Positions 57,964 to 64,000 of a stretch of 64,000 nt of DNA are shown here, piece by piece. The notes below the pieces were generated by a model, which worked only from the letters and a program-made list of their open reading frames with translations, was not told the DNA's origin and did not search any database. The position numbers and the translations under genes were made by a program. The stretch lies in assembly GCA_047947115.1 (NCBI GenBank), contig CP170459.1, positions 256,001 through 320,000 of the forward strand, in the 5' to 3' direction. Position 1 is the first letter of the stretch; every line of letters begins with the position of its first letter. Source of the stretch: Verrucomicrobiota bacterium. Its GTDB lineage: Bacteria > Verrucomicrobiota > Verrucomicrobiia > Limisphaerales > AAA164-E04.

Positions 57964-58130
57964 TCAGGATCACTCAAATACTTTCAACGAAACACCTAGA
58001 ATCAAAAACCATTTTCAACCAGCAAATCACGGTCAGGCCGAAAATTTATTTTTCTTTTTATGGATTCGAAGCTTGACGGTGCATTCAAGGTTGTTAAAGA
58101 CACAGATAGTTAAACGTTACGGAGAAACTC

Positions 58131-58376
58131 ATGTCTGAAAAATCTATTGAACAACGTGTAAAAGACATCATCGTCGAACAGCTCGGCGTCAACGCGGATC
58201 AGGTCACACCCGAGGCCAAATTTATTGAAGATCTCGGTGCTGATTCACTGGATACCGTGGAACTGGTGATGGCTTTGGAAGAAGAATTTGGTCAGGAAAT
58301 TCCTGACGATGAAGCCGAAAAACTGCAAAGCGTCGGCGACGTCATCAAATACATTGAGGAAACTCAAGGCGAATAA
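58131..58376 (+). CDS. acpP: Acyl carrier protein
   Basis: [20 protein letters not shown]. Confidence 0.98.
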   Translation: MSEKSIEQRVKDIIVEQLGVNADQVTPEAKFIEDLGADSLDTVELVMALEEEFGQEIPDDEAEKLQSVGDVIKYIEETQGE

Positions 58377-58448
58377 AACCAAGATAAACTGAATTCCATT
58401 TTGATGGATGCGGTTGCCGTTCGACAAACGGCAACCGCAGATTTTTTT

Positions 58449-59705
58449 ATGTCAGAATCCAATTACCAACGCCGCGTGGTCATCACCGGCCAGGGAGTGG
58501 TGTCCCCTCTGGGTAACACGCCCGAACAACTTTGGAGCAACTTGCTTGAAGGTCAGTGCGGTATTGACCACATCAAAGCTTTTGACGTATCCGCCTACGA
58601 TTGTCAGATCGCAGGAGAAGTGCTCGATCTGGACCCCGTCCCAGCTTTTCCAACTCCAAAAGAAATCCGCAGGACGGATCGATACGCTCAGTTTGGCATT
58701 TATGCCGCTTACCAGGCGCTTAAAGATTCCGGTTTGGATCTTGAAAAGTGCAATCTGGAAGAAGTAGGTGCATTTATCGGCTCGGGAATCGGAGGCTTGT
58801 CCACCCTGGAAAAGCAACACAGCATTCTGGAAGCCAAAGGTCCAGCCCGTGTGTCACCTTTTCTGATCCCCATGCAGATTCTGAACATGGCGTCCGGACT
58901 CTTTTCCATGTATTACGGATTGAAAGGACCGAACGTCGCGACCTGCTCGGCCTGCGCCACCGCAACCCACGCTTTGGGTGAAGCATGGCGAACCATCAAG
59001 ATGGGAGATGCCCAGGTCATGTTTGCGGGCGGAGCGGAGGCAGCGGTCACTCCGGTGGGCATAGGAGGCTTTTCCGCCATGAAGGCCATGAGCACCCGCA
59101 ATGACGAACCCAAACGCGCTTCACGCCCCTTTGATGCCGACCGAAACGGGTTTGTCATGGGTGAAGGAGCCGCCGTTCTGGTACTGGAAGAAATCGAACA
59201 CGCCAAAGCACGGGGCGCTACGATCTATGGTGAATTGATTGGGTACGGCAACACCGCCGACGCTCACCACATGACAGCCCCCTCCCCTGATGGTGAAGGA
59301 GCTGCCCGGTGCATGAAAATGGCATTGAGATCAGCCGGCATTCCCTACGATAGCATCGACTACATCAACGCCCACGGCACATCCACGCCTCAGGGTGACA
59401 TCTGTGAAACATCGGCCATCAAGACGGTGTTCGGGGATCACGCCCGAAAACTCTGCGTCAGCTCCACCAAAGGCGCAACAGGCCACATGCTGGGAGCGGC
59501 TGGAGCCATCGAAATGAGCGTTTGCATGATGGCCATGAGGGATCAAAAAGTGCCACCGACCATCAATTACGAAAATCCCGACCCGGAATGTGATTTGGAC
59601 TACGTGCCCAATGAAGCCAGGGACAGGAAAGTCGGTGCGATCATGAACAACTCATTTGGTTTTGGTGGACACAACGCCTGCGTGATTGCCAAACAACTGG
59701 ATTAG
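58449..59705 (+). CDS. fabF: 3-oxoacyl-ACP synthase II
   Basis: RRVVITG, SACAT (catalytic Cys), NAHGTST, GHMLGAAG, NSFGFGGHN. Confidence 0.96.
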   Translation: MSESNYQRRVVITGQGVVSPLGNTPEQLWSNLLEGQCGIDHIKAFDVSAYDCQIAGEVLDLDPVPAFPTPKEIRRTDRYAQFGIYAAYQALKDSGLDLEKCNLEEVGAFIGSGIGGLSTLEKQHSILEAKGPARVSPFLIPMQILNMASGLFSMYYGLKGPNVATCSACATATHALGEAWRTIKMGDAQVMFAGGAEAAVTPVGIGGFSAMKAMSTRNDEPKRASRPFDADRNGFVMGEGAAVLVLEEIEHAKARGATIYGELIGYGNTADAHHMTAPSPDGEGAARCMKMALRSAGIPYDSIDYINAHGTSTPQGDICETSAIKTVFGDHARKLCVSSTKGATGHMLGAAGAIEMSVCMMAMRDQKVPPTINYENPDPECDLDYVPNEARDRKVGAIMNNSFGFGGHNACVIAKQLD

Positions 59706-59744
59706 AAGCACCGCAAACCGAATCAGTTCACATTTAAATTGGAA

Positions 59745-59771
59745 AGAGCCGGATCTGTCGATCCGGCTCTT
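59745..59771. terminator. Hairpin terminator, probably bidirectional, between fabF and the convergent gene
   Basis: AAGAGCCGGATC-TGTC-GATCCGGCTCTT. Confidence 0.75.
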
Positions 59772-59805
59772 GTCGTTTTCGTTGGAATAAAGTCCAATAG
59801 TAGAA

Positions 59806-60216
59806 TTATTTCTTCTTACGACCTGCCTTCTTCTTGGGAGCGGCAGTTTCCTTGACGGCGTTGGCCATGCCAAACGTATTACCGACCTTGACGAATTCCC
59901 GATTGGAATACAGAGCTGCTGAGAGGGAATTCAGAGGATGGCTGGTGGAAAACTTGTACCCGAGATCCTGGACAGCTTTGAGAATTTCTTTGCGTCCCAT
60001 CGGCTTTTTGGAGATGACGGTGGCGATCGCCGATCTAAGATTCATCTCGTTACGGGCGCGCTTGGCGCGACGACGAATACCAATTCCACGAACACCCAAC
60101 CCGGCAGGTACTCCCAGGGCTTCATCAATTTGTTTGATCTGTTCTTCGAGGTTTTTGCGCTCTTCCAACAAGGACTCACGCATCCCCATGAATTCTTCTA
60201 ACTGTTTATTTATCAT
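59806..60216 (-). CDS. Small basic protein with an N-terminal coiled coil, a helical/winged-helix-like C-domain and a Lys-rich tail
   Basis: RESLLEERKNLEEQIKQIDEAL; LRSAI--VI--KPM-RKEILKAV--LGYKF...NSL---LY; PKKKAGRKKK. Confidence 0.7.
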   Translation of the reverse strand: MINKQLEEFMGMRESLLEERKNLEEQIKQIDEALGVPAGLGVRGIGIRRRAKRARNEMNLRSAIATVISKKPMGRKEILKAVQDLGYKFSTSHPLNSLSAALYSNREFVKVGNTFGMANAVKETAAPKKKAGRKKK

Positions 60217-61302
60217 TAGATTGGATTTTTATACTTGGTTGCTATGCATGTGAAATGCACGAAATGACTATTCCACGACTTCATGAAATGTCAATTCTAA
60301 TATATTATCAGAAAAATCAATTATCCCTTTTTCATACATTCGATACATTTGCATTACCAAGCATACCTCTCCGGATCAAACATCTTATGCTAGCGCATTA
60401 TTATGATCCATAAAGACCAGTTCTTATTACAATACAAACTGTTACAATCACATAATGTCATTCACCGAACACAATGTCACCTCAGATGACCAGAAGCAAC
60501 TTTCTCGGAATCTCGAGTATTTTAGTGTCGAAGAAATTTTTAAAGCGCACGACGCTTTACTTTCATTAGTATCGCAACAGTTTCATAATAAAGATTCATT
60601 TGATAAAAATGAGTGGCATTTGTAGGCAACCTATCCGAGACAGTCGTCATTCCACCCCGGGTATCACCAGCCAATTGAACAAGGGAATCTTCGCAAACTT
60701 TGCCTGAACCCAACGGGAAATAATGTTCGGCCAGAAGTATGTGGCGGATCGCCTGCTCCAACGCTCCCACCTTGCCGCATGAAATTCAGGAGCTCGTCAC
60801 CGCATCCTGCAATAAACGCAAACAATGTCGCAGATAGAAACGGTTCATAACAAAGCCGATAATAAAGATCCGCGGAAGAGGATCAGACTCAAACGGAACG
60901 GGACTGTATCGAATCAAATCGACCAACATGAAGCTGCCGTGAAAAACGAACAAAAAATGTTTACCTGCATACATATTATGCGCAAACCATTTATTTCCTT
61001 TTACGTTGTTTTTCCCCTTTCTGATTGACGACATGAACATGATCAAGCTACCAGACAAATTTTTTAACCATTTAAATACATACACTTAAAACACTACCAA
61101 CAACCTCCTCTCCTCCAGAACCGCATTTGATTTGATTCATCCGCTGGCAAGAATACCTCTTGGCACCAGAAATGTTCATACCTAGACCATGAGCATCCGT
61201 CATTTGCATCAAGGAGTGGATCGATCCACCCAAATCGGTGAGTCTCGAGAAAAGAACTCGCTTCCAAGTGAAAAAGTTACAACAATCCAGTCCGATCGCC
61301 CT

Positions 61303-64000
61303 ATGAATCAAGTGCCCAAAGCATCACTGAATCGTGATTTTCATTTTATGAACATTGCCCAGTTCTTGGGTGCATTTAACGACAATGTTTTCAAGATGTT
61401 CCTCATATTGGCTCTCTTGCAGATCAAGGGCCTGGATGACAAGGTGCAGATCAATTCATTAGCAGGAGCCATCTTTGTTTTACCGTTTTTATTATTTGCT
61501 TCATCCGCCGGTTTCCTGAGCGGTATTCGGAGCAAACAGTCCATCATCAAATATGTGAAACTGGCGGAGATCGTGATCATGTCGGCAGGTGGGCTGGCAT
61601 TTTACCTCCAATCCGAATGGGGGCTCTACGCGGTTTTGTTTCTGATGGCAACGCAATCGGCGTTCTTCGGCCCGGCCAAGCTGGGTATCATACCGGAATT
61701 GCTACCGAGTCAATCCCTCTCGAAAGCGAATGGATGGCAACAAGGTTTTGTTTATATGGCGATTGTGCTGGGCATCGGCCTCATACCATGGTTTGACGGA
61801 ATATCACAGGGAAAATACCATCTGGCTTCGCTCTTCTGCATCGGAGTGGCGATTCTGGGCTGGATCTTTGCCTGCCTGATCAAACCAACAAAACCCAGCG
61901 GTACGACGCAACCCCTGCGAATCAATCCCTTATCCGGTGTCACCAGGACGTTTCGAAGCATCTCGAAGGACCGAGCATTGCTGCTGGCCGTTTTGGGCGC
62001 TGCTTTCTTCCTTCTGATCGGGGGGTTTGTTCAGATGAATTTGATGAACTATGGACTTGAATTCATGGGGTGCGAAAAGGACTCCGAGGCGGCCTACCTG
62101 TTCCTGTTCGTGGCCGCAGGCATTGGCGTCGGAGCCCTCGCTTCAGGGAAAATGTCCGGACGCAACATTGAATTCGGCCTGGTTCCCGTGGGGGCGGCCG
62201 GTTTGGCTTTGACCATGACCCTGCTCGGACTTCGGGTGGGTGCCGGCAACTGGACCACCACCGGGGCAATCCTCTCCGCCATGGGATTGAGCGCAGGCTT
62301 TTTCATTGTCCCATTGGCAGCTTTCATACAATGGCACACTCCAAGGCACCAATTGACAGAAGTGCTGGCCTTGGACAGCTTTCTTAGCTTCACCGGCGTG
62401 CTGATCGCTGCGATCATTTTGGGTTGCCTGGGAGCGCTCGACCTGAACCCGGCACAGTGTTTTCTATTTGGCGCCATGCTGACAACCTTTCTGGTCATCC
62501 TTGCCTTCAAATCATTGCCCGATTTCCTTGTCCGCTTCGTCGGCGCCATTCTGTTGAAGTGCATCTACAGGGTAAAAACCACCGGACTGGAAAACCTGCC
62601 CACCAAAGGTCCTGCGCTGATCATATGCAATCATGTCACATTCGTGGACGCCCCCCTCTTGATGGCGATCCAACAGCGTCGCATTCGATTCATGGTTTAC
62701 AGGGATTACTACAATATCCCCTGGCTGCATCCTTTGCTTAAATTGATGGGGGCGATCCCCGTTTCCGAAAACGATCCTCCCCGCCAGATCCTGAAATCAC
62801 TTCAAACCGCACGACAGGCGTTGAAGGACGGCTATCTGGTCGCCATTTTCGCCGAAGGAAAACTGACTCGATCAGGACTCATGAGCGCCTTTCGCCCGGG
62901 ATTTCAAAAAGTGGTGAAAGGCACCGGAGCCCCCATTATACCGGCCTATTTAGGGGGGGCCTGGGGAAGCGTTTTCAGTCGAGCCGGACGTGGTCGTTAT
63001 CGCAACCATCGACTGCGTATCCCTTACCCGATTGACATTCTTTTTGGTCACCCCCTTCCCTCCGACACCGAAATCCATGAGGTGCGGCTTGCTGTGCAGG
63101 AATTGGGCAGCCAATTTCATGATGCATTTCGGCACAAACCCGGGTCACTGGCCACGGAAATGGTCCGCACCGCACGCAGGCACTGGAGCCGACCAGCCAT
63201 GGCAGACACCACGGGGAAAAGGCTCACTTTCGGCAAGGCCCTCATCGGGGCGCTCATTTTAAGGGACCGGCTGAGGGAAAAACTGGATAGCTCCGAGGAG
63301 CGGGTGGGCATTCTTCTTCCGTCCTGTGTCGGAGGGGCCCTGGTCAACCATGCGCTCACACTGGATGGACGGGTCACGGTCAACTTGAACTTCACCGCTT
63401 CACCCCAGGCATTCGATTCAGCCATCCATCAAAGCGGCATCAAAACCATCATCACATCCAAAGCATTCCTCGAGAAGATTGAAGCCTATCAATTGACGGA
63501 TCGTGTCATTTACCTGGAAGACCTCGGCAATGACATTTCTGCGGCGGAAAAAATCAGGACGGCATTAAAAGCAAAACTGTTCCCGATGTCATGGATACTT
63601 CCCACGCCTTGCTGGGATCGTGAACGCCCGGCCACGATATTGTTTTCCTCAGGATCCACAGCGGAACCGAAAGGCATCGTGCTGACGCATCACAACCTGA
63701 GCGCCAACATCCAATGCGCTCTGGAAGTGATCCCGGTGGGCGATCAGGATCATCTGTCGGCGGCGCTTCCCTTCTTTCATTCCTTCGGCCTGACGGGGAC
63801 CATATGGTTGCCGGCGTTGGCTGGCATGCCCGTTCACTTCCACACGAATCCACTGGAAGCCGCCAAGATTGCCGAGATGGTGCGCGAAGAAAAAAGCACC
63901 ATCCTTTTCGCCACTCCGACCTTTCTCATGGCTTACATCCGAAAGGCGACACCCGAAGATTTCAAAACCCTCAAGTTGATCATCACCGGAGCGGAGAAGC
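61303..64000 (+). CDS. aas: LplT-like MFS / acyltransferase / acyl-ACP synthetase fusion (Aas-like), cut off by the window edge
   Basis: Not in the ORF track because it has no stop in the window; manual translation gives QFLGAFNDNVFK, QSAFFGPAK-GIIPE, NHVTFVD (HX4D), IFAEG and ILFSSGSTAEPKG in one frame. Confidence 0.9.
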   Translation, partial: MNQVPKASLNRDFHFMNIAQFLGAFNDNVFKMFLILALLQIKGLDDKVQINSLAGAIFVLPFLLFASSAGFLSGIRSKQSIIKYVKLAEIVIMSAGGLAFYLQSEWGLYAVLFLMATQSAFFGPAKLGIIPELLPSQSLSKANGWQQGFVYMAIVLGIGLIPWFDGISQGKYHLASLFCIGVAILGWIFACLIKPTKPSGTTQPLRINPLSGVTRTFRSISKDRALLLAVLGAAFFLLIGGFVQMNLMNYGLEFMGCEKDSEAAYLFLFVAAGIGVGALASGKMSGRNIEFGLVPVGAAGLALTMTLLGLRVGAGNWTTTGAILSAMGLSAGFFIVPLAAFIQWHTPRHQLTEVLALDSFLSFTGVLIAAIILGCLGALDLNPAQCFLFGAMLTTFLVILAFKSLPDFLVRFVGAILLKCIYRVKTTGLENLPTKGPALIICNHVTFVDAPLLMAIQQRRIRFMVYRDYYNIPWLHPLLKLMGAIPVSENDPPRQILKSLQTARQALKDGYLVAIFAEGKLTRSGLMSAFRPGFQKVVKGTGAPIIPAYLGGAWGSVFSRAGRGRYRNHRLRIPYPIDILFGHPLPSDTEIHEVRLAVQELGSQFHDAFRHKPGSLATEMVRTARRHWSRPAMADTTGKRLTFGKALIGALILRDRLREKLDSSEERVGILLPSCVGGALVNHALTLDGRVTVNLNFTASPQAFDSAIHQSGIKTIITSKAFLEKIEAYQLTDRVIYLEDLGNDISAAEKIRTALKAKLFPMSWILPTPCWDRERPATILFSSGSTAEPKGIVLTHHNLSANIQCALEVIPVGDQDHLSAALPFFHSFGLTGTIWLPALAGMPVHFHTNPLEAAKIAEMVREEKSTILFATPTFLMAYIRKATPEDFKTLKLIITGAEK

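Overview
Bacterial chromosomal window of moderate GC content (estimated by eye). It most resembles Verrucomicrobiota/PVC DNA, an inference from a DUF1549/DUF1553 cytochrome protein, a PEP-CTERM gene and Pedosphaera-type C-terminal domains. Housekeeping genes: pyrH, frr, lolCD, a clpX-like ATPase, rimO, glycerate kinase, fabG-acpP-fabF, an LplT-Aas fusion running off the right edge, and tRNA-Gln(UUG). Accessory features: (i) an apparently complete class III polyhydroxyalkanoate cluster (phaC, short phaE-like gene with a histone-like tail, phaA, phasin-like gene, phaR, and a divergent, probably NAD(H)-type reductase) with candidate PhaR operators; (ii) a 7-gene MoxR/DUF58/RDD/SpoIIM-like membrane operon; (iii) an oxyR-dps-ccp peroxide locus whose oxyR carries an in-frame amber codon; (iv) a DinJ-YafQ pair whose toxin is also amber-interrupted, plus an intact VapBC; (v) a diiron (DUF455)-ATP-grasp fusion enzyme; (vi) a 1483-bp IS with a 4-bp CTAA duplication that splits a predicted promoter and may supply a replacement -35; (vii) a 6S-RNA-like long hairpin; and (viii) three families of small dispersed repeats (GTAG REP pairs, inverted heptamer arrays overlapping stop codons, and 8-9-mer tandem arrays). 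No CRISPR array, rRNA gene or prophage was seen. All family assignments come from motif recognition by eye; no database searches were run.
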